Shown: one piece after another, positions 25,420 to 32,000 of the stretch
Numbering within the stretch: the first letter of the stretch is position 1
Layout: the number at the start of each line of letters is the position of its first letter
Source of the DNA: Coprobacillaceae bacterium
GTDB taxonomy: Bacteria > Bacillota_I > Bacilli_A > Erysipelotrichales > Coprobacillaceae
NCBI GenBank assembly: GCA_963675515.1
Contig: OY776328.1
Span: 1,650,001-1,682,000, forward strand
Direction: 5' to 3'
Length of the DNA: 32,000 nt
Notes under the pieces: generated by a model
What the model was told of the DNA's origin: nothing
Databases searched by the model: none
The model's input: only the letters and a program-made list of their open reading frames with translations
Made by a program: the position numbers and the translations under genes

Positions 25420-25899
25420 ATGGAAAAAGATAAAGTGCTTCTTACCCAAGATGGATTAGATAATCTGAAAAAAGAACGTGAAGATTTGATCAATATCGAA
25501 CGGCCTAAAGTGATTGAAGAGTTGTCACTCGCCAGGTCTCAAGGTGACTTGTCGGAAAATGCCGACTACGATGCGGCAAGGAACCGCCAAGCGGAAGTTG
25601 AAGGGCGCATCAAAGAAATCGAGCGTCTGATTCAAAATGCCGAAGTCATTATTGAGGACAATCTGGATTCGCATATCGCCGGTCCGGGAGCGACGGTTAC
25701 TTTCAAGGATCTGTCGGATAATCAGACTTACACTTATAAAATAGTTGGTTCATTTGAAACGGATCCTTTCCACGGGAAGATTTCAAACGAATCGCCACTT
25801 GCCAAGGCTCTTTTCGGCCGCGGTGAAGGGGAGCGCATCACTGTCGGGGTTGCAAACCCTTATGAGATTGATGTCATCAAGGTTGATTTTGTACATTAA
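25420..25899 (+). CDS. greA: Transcription elongation factor GreA
   Basis: LT..G...L..E...L, the acidic-tip motif ARSQGDLSENADYDAAR, and a C-terminal FKBP-like domain. Confidence 0.95.
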   Translation: MEKDKVLLTQDGLDNLKKEREDLINIERPKVIEELSLARSQGDLSENADYDAARNRQAEVEGRIKEIERLIQNAEVIIEDNLDSHIAGPGATVTFKDLSDNQTYTYKIVGSFETDPFHGKISNESPLAKALFGRGEGERITVGVANPYEIDVIKVDFVH

Positions 25900-25919
25900 A
25901 AAGGGGCGACCCTTTTTTT
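25898..25919 (+). terminator. Rho-independent terminator
   Basis: Stem AAAAAGGG, loop GCGA, stem CCCTTTTT, with T-run TTTTTTT. Confidence 0.7.
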
Positions 25920-25952
25920 CTTTAATATTTTGAATTAATTGGAGGTGCAGCT

Positions 25953-26339
25953 ATGTTGGATATGTCGATCGCAATGCAAAATTACCTGGAATTGATCTAT
26001 GAAACAAGTCAAAACAACCAGAAAATAAGGGTCTCGCTTCTGGCTGAACAGCTAAATGTGTCCAAGCCTAGCGTCAATAATGCCCTTAACGTGCTCAAGG
26101 ACCAGGGCTATATCAATTATGAGCGCTATGGCGACATAACCCTGACACCTCTTGGCACGAAGACAGCCAAGCAGATATGCAACAAGCACAATGTCCTATT
26201 GGAGATGTTTGTGGAAGTCTTTGGACTGGATGAAGCGACCGCCAATGAGGATTCCTGCAGGATCGAACATGTGATCTCCCAGGACGCCATCGAGGCGATT
26301 GAAAACTATCTCAATAACCATACAAAAAAGAATCACTAG
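25953..26339 (+). CDS. DtxR-family metal-dependent repressor, two-domain form without SH3-like C-terminus
   Basis: RBS GGAGGTG. The HTH and dimerisation domains align by eye with DtxR/MntR. H79 and the C102-x2-E105-H106 block (CRIEHVIS) are conserved. Confidence 0.8.
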   Translation: MLDMSIAMQNYLELIYETSQNNQKIRVSLLAEQLNVSKPSVNNALNVLKDQGYINYERYGDITLTPLGTKTAKQICNKHNVLLEMFVEVFGLDEATANEDSCRIEHVISQDAIEAIENYLNNHTKKNH

Positions 26340-26356
26340 TGAAGTGATTCTTTTTT
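26324..26356. terminator. Bidirectional terminator, perfect 13-bp stem
   Basis: AAAAAAGAATCAC (26324-26336), loop TAGTGAA, GTGATTCTTTTTT (26344-26356). The hairpin includes the dtxR-like stop codon and lies 10 nt past the stop of the convergent minus-strand gene. Confidence 0.8.
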
Positions 26357-26365
26357 GTATCTTGA

Positions 26366-27613
26366 TTAAAATTCAAAGTTGAAATCTGGTTCGATGCTTT
26401 CGATCAAAATCGCTCTTGAAGAAAGACGGTCTTTCTTGTGGTCATATGTTTCGATCAGTGTGTAGCTTACGCGGTCACGGCGACGCACTTGTTCATCTTC
26501 GATGAAGTCCGATTGTCTGAAGAATACTGATTCGCCGTTTGGATAAGAGATTGATCCGTATTTGTTTGCGGCATTGTAGTGAAGCACATTGCCTTCATGG
26601 CGGTCAACGAACTTTTCGATATTGTCCATTAAGCTATTATATAAATCGTCGTATAATTGTGAAGCCGTTTTGTCCGTTTCGACAACATTTACAGGAGTGT
26701 ATTCCTTTTGGCTTTCTTTTGCGAGAACTTGCAGGAATTTGTCAGTGGCGTTGACTACCGCATCTACTCCGGCAGCTTTGGCCATTTCCAACACGCGGTT
26801 GTATAAAGGCATCAGGCTTTCTTTGAATCCTGATAGGAAGAATTCGTAGATAGTGTAGGCGTTGGCAACTTTCACATTTCCCAATTCTTTTTCGTTGCGG
26901 GCGATGATTTCCAGGAAGTTGATTCCGCGGATGCGGTTGTTTAATTCCAGGAAGATTCCTTTCGCTTCTTCGTTTTGTCCCAGTTCAACCAGGGCACAGG
27001 CACGGTAGTAGTTCACCCATTGCGCGTTGTTGAAGTGGAATTTCGTGATATTAGCCAATGCCTGGTTGGCGAATTCAACACAGTCCGCATATCTTTTGGC
27101 TTCGTACAATTCTTTGACTTTAAGACGGTAATGTCTTTCCTTTTTAGATTCGAATTCCTTGCCTTCATCCGAAGTAAAAGGCTTGTCGGAAATCAGGTTG
27201 ACATCCAACAGGTCGTAAAGTTCGAGAACCTTGTCATGATCGACTTTGGTTTTGTTTGTCAGATATTTTATGGCGCGGTTCACTGCCGCTTCAACAGGAG
27301 AATATCTTTCTTGTTTGCAAACGTCAAGAATGTCGTTTAAAACAGAGAAGAACAATTCTTCGTTGGCTTCGATTTTATCATCATCTATGTTGATGAATTT
27401 ATTGTATAAAGCATAACCGTATTGGTTTTTATACATTTTAAGACTAGGGGCTGCACTGATGAAGGTGCGACCGATTTCGATAGCGCGTTCATTGTTGTTG
27501 CTTGATTTTAACAACTTGATGAAGTCGTTGGCTTCGTAGTCATTGAAAGATGCTGGATCTTCCGCGAATTTCCTTTCATATTTTTCGATACTTCTGATTT
27601 CATTTTCGTTCAT
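26366..27613 (-). CDS. Uncharacterised protein: about 335-aa helical/TPR-like region plus a C-terminal cold-shock (OB-fold)-like domain
   Basis: Start re-set to the ATG (complement of 27611-27613). The track's GTG at 27622 lies inside the RBS GAGGTG. TPR-like segment AQWVNYYRACALVELGQNEEAKGIFLEL. C-terminus GNVLHYNAANKYGSISYPNGESVFFRQSDF...DRVSYTLIE aligns by eye with CspA G.V.WFN..KGFGFI...G.DVFVH.S.I...G..V.F. I see no Walker A or nuclease motifs. Confidence 0.7.
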   Translation of the reverse strand: MNENEIRSIEKYERKFAEDPASFNDYEANDFIKLLKSSNNNERAIEIGRTFISAAPSLKMYKNQYGYALYNKFINIDDDKIEANEELFFSVLNDILDVCKQERYSPVEAAVNRAIKYLTNKTKVDHDKVLELYDLLDVNLISDKPFTSDEGKEFESKKERHYRLKVKELYEAKRYADCVEFANQALANITKFHFNNAQWVNYYRACALVELGQNEEAKGIFLELNNRIRGINFLEIIARNEKELGNVKVANAYTIYEFFLSGFKESLMPLYNRVLEMAKAAGVDAVVNATDKFLQVLAKESQKEYTPVNVVETDKTASQLYDDLYNSLMDNIEKFVDRHEGNVLHYNAANKYGSISYPNGESVFFRQSDFIEDEQVRRRDRVSYTLIETYDHKKDRLSSRAILIESIEPDFNFEF

Positions 27614-27632
27614 AATTTTCACCTCTGTTGGT

Positions 27633-27641
27633 ATTATAGCA
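27633..27641 (-). promoter_or_regulatory. Extended -10 element TGcTATAAT (minus strand) for the TPR/CSD-like gene
   Basis: The reverse complement of 27633-27641 reads TGCTATAAT. The -35 is poor (TAGGAA, 27656-27661). The element lies about 20 nt upstream of the start codon. Confidence 0.45.
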
Positions 27642-27698
27642 TTTTTTTATAATAATTCCTAAGTAAAATTAAAAATGTTTTCTAATTATTTGTAACTA

Positions 27699-27707
27699 TG
27701 GTATAAT
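27699..27707 (+). promoter_or_regulatory. Extended -10 element TGgTATAAT for pnp
   Basis: TG at 27699-27700 with TATAAT at 27702-27707, 24 nt upstream of the pnp ATG. The -35 is weak. Confidence 0.45.
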
Positions 27708-27730
27708 ATTGAGGTAAATGAGGTGGAACG

Positions 27731-29881
27731 ATGAATAAGAAAGTATATTCAATGGATTTTTATGGCAAGAAGCTCAGTGTTGAGGTTGGGGAACTTGCAA
27801 AACAAGCTAACGGATCGGTTCTGGTGCGTTATGATGATACAGTAATCTTATCGACAGTGACTGCGGGAAAAACTCCTAAGGACGTTGATTTTTTTCCTTT
27901 GACTGTCATCTATGAAGAAAAATTATATTCGGTAGGTAAGATTCCAGGGGGATTCTTGAAGCGCGAAGGGCGTCCAAGCGAACATGGAACCCTGACTTCA
28001 CGGATGATCGACCGTCCGATCCGGCCTTTGTTCCCGGATGGATTCAGAAACGAGGTCCAATCGGTGAACACTGTTCTTTCGGTTGACCAGAATGCGACTC
28101 CGGAAATGGCGGCAATGTTGGGGGCTTCATTGGCTCTATGCCTTTCTGACATCCCATTCAACGGGCCAATCGCCGGTGTCAATGTCGGGCTGGTTGACGG
28201 TGAGTTCATTGTCAACGGAACGCCAGAACAGCTGGAAAACTCTTCTATCAATGTTGAGGTTGCCGGAACGAAGGATGCCATCAACATGGTGGAAGCCGAC
28301 GCCAAGGAAGTAAGCGAAGAGATCATGCTTGAAGCATTGCTTTTCGGTCACGAGAAAATCAAGGAACTTATTGCCTTCCAGGAACAGGTTGTCATGGAAT
28401 GCGGTAAAGCGAAAATCGATATTCCGCTTTTCGAACTTGATGACCAGCTGGTTGACCAAGTCAGGGAAATGGCCCTGGTTGACATGGTCAAAGCCGTTTC
28501 CATCGAAGGAAAACTGGAACGCTATGGGGCGATTGATGAAATCGTTGAACGCAACCTGGCTGTTTTTGAAGGAATGGAATACGAGGATGAAAAGACAAAA
28601 GCCAAAACCCTCAAACAGGTCAACATCATTCTGCATGACCTGGAAAAGGATGAGGTAAGACGTCTGATCACCGAGGACAAGATCCGTCCCGATGGCCGCA
28701 AACTTGATGAAGTGCGTCCGTTGGATTCACAAATCGATCTTCTGCCTCGTGTTCATGGTTCGGCATTGTTCACCCGCGGGGAGACCCAGGTAATGTCGAT
28801 CGCCACTTTGGGAGCTTTGAACGAACATCAAAAAATCGATGGATTGGGACTGGAAGACCAGAAACGATTCATGCATCATTATAATTTCCCACCATATTCA
28901 GTAGGTGAAGTTGGCCGTATCGGTGCGCCAGGACGTCGCGAAATCGGACATGGTGCTCTGGGAGAAAGAGCGTTGGCTCAGGTTATCCCAAGCGAGGAAG
29001 CATTCCCATATACGATCAGGGTTGTTTCCGAAGTACTTGAATCAAACGGTTCATCATCACAGGCTTCAATCTGCGCCTCATCGATGGCCCTGATGGCCGC
29101 TGGTGTGCCTATTACAAATCCGGTTGCCGGAATCGCCATGGGATTGGTGAAAAAAGGCGACCACTACACTATCCTGACTGATATCCAGGGGATGGAAGAC
29201 CACCTGGGAGATATGGACTTCAAGGTTGCCGGAACGAAAAACGGTATCTGCGCATTGCAGATGGACATCAAAATCGATGGGATCACCAAGGAAATCCTTG
29301 AAGAAGCCCTGATTCAGGCTAAAATCGGACGTGAACAGATCATGGCCAACATGCTTGGTGCGATCAATGAACCACGCGAAGAGCTTTCACCATATGCGCC
29401 AAAAGTGGCAATGATGAAAATCGAAATCGACCAGATCAAGGAAGTCATCGGTTCTGGCGGCAAGGTGATCAACGAAATTATCGAGAAATCAGATGATGTC
29501 AAGATCGACATCGAACAGGATGGTACGGTGATCATCTATCACTACGATTATGCAGCCATCAACAAGGCCAAAGCGATGATCGAAGCGATCGTCAAAAAAG
29601 CCAAAGTCGGTGAAGTTTACGATGCCAAAGTGGTCCGTCTTGAAAAATACGGGGCCTTTGTCAACCTGTTCGGCAATACCGACGGACTGTTGCATGTCTC
29701 TAAAATCGCCCATGAACGCGTGGCCAATCCGGCAGACGTGCTCAAGCTAGGCGATATCGTCAAAGTCAAAGTTACAGAGATCGACGACAAGGGACGGGTC
29801 AACGTTTCACGCAAGGCGCTGTTGCCAAAACCGGTAAGCAGTGAAGAACACAAGGAAAATAAAGAACCAAAACAAGACTAA
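27731..29881 (+). CDS. pnp: Polyribonucleotide nucleotidyltransferase (PNPase)
   Basis: RBS GAGGTGG. Motifs [31 protein letters not shown], two RNase PH domains, then KH ([11 protein letters not shown]) and S1 ([20 protein letters not shown]) domains. Confidence 0.97.
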   Translation: MNKKVYSMDFYGKKLSVEVGELAKQANGSVLVRYDDTVILSTVTAGKTPKDVDFFPLTVIYEEKLYSVGKIPGGFLKREGRPSEHGTLTSRMIDRPIRPLFPDGFRNEVQSVNTVLSVDQNATPEMAAMLGASLALCLSDIPFNGPIAGVNVGLVDGEFIVNGTPEQLENSSINVEVAGTKDAINMVEADAKEVSEEIMLEALLFGHEKIKELIAFQEQVVMECGKAKIDIPLFELDDQLVDQVREMALVDMVKAVSIEGKLERYGAIDEIVERNLAVFEGMEYEDEKTKAKTLKQVNIILHDLEKDEVRRLITEDKIRPDGRKLDEVRPLDSQIDLLPRVHGSALFTRGETQVMSIATLGALNEHQKIDGLGLEDQKRFMHHYNFPPYSVGEVGRIGAPGRREIGHGALGERALAQVIPSEEAFPYTIRVVSEVLESNGSSSQASICASSMALMAAGVPITNPVAGIAMGLVKKGDHYTILTDIQGMEDHLGDMDFKVAGTKNGICALQMDIKIDGITKEILEEALIQAKIGREQIMANMLGAINEPREELSPYAPKVAMMKIEIDQIKEVIGSGGKVINEIIEKSDDVKIDIEQDGTVIIYHYDYAAINKAKAMIEAIVKKAKVGEVYDAKVVRLEKYGAFVNLFGNTDGLLHVSKIAHERVANPADVLKLGDIVKVKVTEIDDKGRVNVSRKALLPKPVSSEEHKENKEPKQD

Positions 29882-29889
29882 TGGAATTC

Positions 29890-29924
29890 AAAAGGATTTA
29901 CGCATGCCTCGTAAGTCCTTTTTC
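29890..29924 (+). terminator. Rho-independent terminator
   Basis: 13-bp stem AAAAGGATTTACG / CGTAAGTCCTTTT (one G-U pair), loop CATGCCT, T-run. Confidence 0.75.
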
Positions 29925-30023
29925 TCTAACTTTTCGATTGACTTAAGATAATTTATCTATTTCCACAATCAGGGCAATTTGTAAACATTATTTGGAATTA
30001 TAATAACAAGTAAACATTTCATG

Positions 30024-30052
30024 TTGAAATTGAACCGCTTACATTGTATAAT
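30024..30052 (+). promoter_or_regulatory. Sigma-A promoter TTGAAA-17-TATAAT for pfkA
   Basis: -35 at 30024-30029 and -10 at 30047-30052, 27 nt upstream of ATG 30079. Confidence 0.6.
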
Positions 30053-30078
30053 TAAGTAAGAGTTTGGAGGAAATTCAT

Positions 30079-31194
30079 ATGGGAAAAGTTAAAAAAATTG
30101 CATTGTTGTCAGGTGGGGGCGACTGTCCTGGGCTCAATGCGGTAATCCGAGCAGTGACCAAAGCCGCTATTGGCAAATACGGCTATGAAGTGATTGGCTA
30201 TGTCTACGGTTATGATGGTCTTTACAAGAACAATTACATCGAGCTGACCGAACAGAAAGTCGAAGGGATCTACAAAGAAGGTGGTACCATACTTTATAGC
30301 TCCAACAAGACCAACCTGTTCGACATGCCCTTTGAGGATGAAAACGGCAATATAGTCAAGAAAGACGTATCCGATGTCGGAGTGGAAAACCTCAAGCAAG
30401 CCGGAGTCGATGTCCTGGTTGTGTTGGGTGGCGACGGGACGCTCACCTCAGCGCGCGATTTCGCCCGCAAGGGTGTCAATGTCATCGGGATTCCAAAAAC
30501 GATGGACAACGATCTGGCGGCGACTGATCTTACTTATGGATTCATCTCGGCAATGAGTGTGGGAACGGAGTTTATCGACCGGCTCAATACAACTGCCAAG
30601 TCGCATCATCGGGTCATCTGTTGCGAGCTGATGGGCCGTGATGCCGGATGGATTGCGCTGTATGCCGGACTGGCCGGAAACGCTTCATGCATCCTGATTC
30701 CGGAAATCCCTTTTTCTATCGAAAGCATTGTCAGACATGTGGCCAAGCGCGATGAGCAGGGACTTCCTTATACCGTGATTGCCGTGGCCGAGGGGGCCAA
30801 GTATGCCGATGGGACCAAGGTTATCGGCAAGATTGTCGAGGATTCTCCCGATCCGATCCGCTATTCGGGACTCGCCCACAAGGTTGCTGACGACCTGGAA
30901 ATGGCGATTGAAAACCATGAAGTCCGTTCCGTCAACCCAGGCCATATCATCCGGGGGGGCGATATCGATGCCTACGACCGGATCATTTCGATTCGATTCG
31001 CCATCAAAGCGGTTGAACTTATCAGCCAGGGACTGTTTGGCAATGTCGTGACTCTCAAGGGCAACGACATGACTTACAGTTCACTTGAAGAAGTGATCGG
31101 CCAGGCCAAAGTAGGGAAACAAAAACATGTCGACCCTAATGGAGAACTTGTGATGGCGGCCAAAGCCATCGGCGTATGTTTCGGTGACGATTAA
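30079..31194 (+). CDS. pfkA: 6-phosphofructokinase, PfkA superfamily (PPi-PFK-like clade, predicted ATP-dependent)
   Basis: Start re-set to ATG 30079 after GGAGGA (the track uses TTG 30064). Motifs: SGGGDCPGLNAVIR, GGDGTLT, IPKTMDNDL, MGRDAGWIAL, PGHIIRGG. Confidence 0.9.
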   Translation: MGKVKKIALLSGGGDCPGLNAVIRAVTKAAIGKYGYEVIGYVYGYDGLYKNNYIELTEQKVEGIYKEGGTILYSSNKTNLFDMPFEDENGNIVKKDVSDVGVENLKQAGVDVLVVLGGDGTLTSARDFARKGVNVIGIPKTMDNDLAATDLTYGFISAMSVGTEFIDRLNTTAKSHHRVICCELMGRDAGWIALYAGLAGNASCILIPEIPFSIESIVRHVAKRDEQGLPYTVIAVAEGAKYADGTKVIGKIVEDSPDPIRYSGLAHKVADDLEMAIENHEVRSVNPGHIIRGGDIDAYDRIISIRFAIKAVELISQGLFGNVVTLKGNDMTYSSLEEVIGQAKVGKQKHVDPNGELVMAAKAIGVCFGDD

Positions 31195-31208
31195 AAACAA
31201 ATAGACTG

Positions 31209-31255
31209 ACCCCGGCAATTGCCCTTTGTGGCATGATGGCCGGGGTTTTTATTTT
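31209..31255 (+). terminator. Rho-independent terminator
   Basis: ACCCCGGC (31209-31216) pairs with GCCGGGGT (31239-31246), with inner TGCC/GGCA pairing. Followed by TTTTATTTT. Confidence 0.7.
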
Positions 31256-31455
31256 GAGTTTTCCAGCTAACATCAACAGTTGGATTTTTTCAATTTTCTA
31301 AAGGTGCTATAGCTGTTCTTATGAAAATAATTCATTTCCAAAAAGAGCTGATTTGAAATTCGTGTGACTGCTATGTGACATCAAAGGGTTAGTATTTGAA
31401 TGAATAGAATAGTGATATTTGTATGAAAATGGCTTATAGAATAAAGGTGGTATAT

Positions 31456-32000
31456 ATGAAGAAAAAAAGATGGATTATTCTAATAATAGCTTTATTTGTT
31501 GCGGGAGTAGGGCTCACCCTGGCTTTTTTGAATGACTCCGACTATGCTACCAACAAATTTGATGCAGGATATGTGAATGTCGCGGTCGTTGAAAACGGCG
31601 ATGAAGGCACATTTTATGAAGACGGCACCGGAGCTCAGGGTGAAGGTCTGACACTGCCTTTGGTTGAGGGTACAGCGGCCAAAACCGTGCAGGTTGCCAA
31701 CAAGGACACATACGACGACGGATCACCGCTCAACACGGTCGACACTTATGTGAGAGTGAAACTAGTTCCGGTATTGAAAAACGACCTCGATGAGATTGTT
31801 CCAACCGATATCAATGGGGCCATCGTTTATGAAAACCTGGATCTTACCAACTGGCAAAAGATTGGTGACTATTATTATTACAAAACAGTACTCAACGCCG
31901 GCGAACTGACAACACCGTTGTTTACCGGAGTGACTTACACCAACAGCCTTGGAGCAAACGAACATCTGGAAATGAACGTCATGGTTGAAGGCATCGCCGC
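31456..32000 (+). CDS. TasA/camelysin (peptidase M73)-like secreted protein with SipW-dependent-type signal peptide (3' end lies outside the window)
   Basis: Not in the supplied ORF track. ATG 31456 follows AAAGGTGG (31443-31450). I translated 181 codons to the window edge without a stop. N-terminus: MKKKRWIILIIALFVAGVGLTLAFLNDSDYATNKFDAGYVNVAVVEN. This matches the K-rich, hydrophobic, (T)LA(Y)F(T)D...N.F.AG.V pattern of SipW-cognate signal peptides. Confidence 0.7.
   Translation, partial: MKKKRWIILIIALFVAGVGLTLAFLNDSDYATNKFDAGYVNVAVVENGDEGTFYEDGTGAQGEGLTLPLVEGTAAKTVQVANKDTYDDGSPLNTVDTYVRVKLVPVLKNDLDEIVPTDINGAIVYENLDLTNWQKIGDYYYYKTVLNAGELTTPLFTGVTYTNSLGANEHLEMNVMVEGIA

Noticed and set aside
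25900-25952. Search for a DtxR/MntR-box palindrome near the dtxR-like gene and in the 27623-27730 control region.
   Set aside because: Only short AT-rich symmetries turned up (TTAAT...ATTAA). Nothing resembles the 19-bp TTAGGTTAGCCTAACCTAA-type operator.
30030-30043. cre (CcpA)-like sequence TTGAACCGCTTACA in the pfkA promoter spacer.
   Set aside because: The right half is perfect, but the left half mismatches the TGWAAN consensus at two defined positions. Repression of a glycolytic gene by CcpA is physiologically counter-intuitive. I treat it as a chance match unless it proves conserved.
31305-31315. SinR-like half-site (GTTCTTA) upstream of the TasA-like gene.
   Set aside because: It is a single 7-mer with a mismatch to GTTCTYT. 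Chance occurrence in AT-rich DNA is expected.
1-32000. Scan for mobile elements, prophage genes, CRISPR arrays, tRNA/rRNA genes and long direct or inverted repeats.
   Set aside because: I recognised no transposase, integrase or recombinase motifs, no repeat-spacer periodicity and no tRNA cloverleaf candidates in the intergenic gaps. The only compositional oddities are the 26.4-27.7 kb gene and the AT-rich region after 31.2 kb.

Overview
This window reads as a mostly housekeeping chromosomal segment of a Bacillota (Firmicutes)-type genome. GC is mid-40s % from hand counts of a few lines and needs computing. About 31 genes are tightly packed, and 27 of them are on the + strand.

Layout:
- Left third (1-6.9 kb): accessory metabolism. 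It holds a YdjC-like fragment, a Zn-phospholipase-C-like hydrolase, a PAT-type GNAT, a PatB/MalY C-S lyase, an aldo/keto-reductase-FeS plus DUF362-FeS pair, DUF2164 and NudF.
- Middle (6.9-14.2 kb): an RluA-family pseudouridine synthase, a MarR regulator with a heterodimeric ABC exporter, a ROK kinase and an Ldh_2 dehydrogenase.
- 14.2-25.9 kb: gene order reproduces the Bacillus subtilis yrrC(recD2)-alaS-yrzL-yrrK(ruvX)-yrzB-yrrL(mltG)-yrrM-yrrN-yrrO-greA neighbourhood, including an Ala T-box leader. One extra lactonase-like cassette is inserted.
- Right end (25.9-32 kb): a DtxR-like repressor, pnp and pfkA.

I found no rRNA or tRNA genes, CRISPR arrays, transposases, integrases or long repeats, and no convincing multi-gene novel system.

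The two best leads:
- A lone minus-strand gene at 26366-27613 encodes a TPR-like helical protein with a C-terminal cold-shock/OB-like domain. I cannot assign its family. It has its own promoter and seems more AT-rich than its flanks.
- An open reading frame at 31456 to beyond 32000 is absent from the supplied ORF track. It encodes a TasA/camelysin-like protein with a SipW-type signal peptide, so it may open a matrix-fibre locus that continues past the window.

Several ORF-track starts are non-ATG upstream extensions. I re-set them to ATG codons that follow Shine-Dalgarno sequences. All family assignments rest on motif recognition by eye or memory, not on searches.
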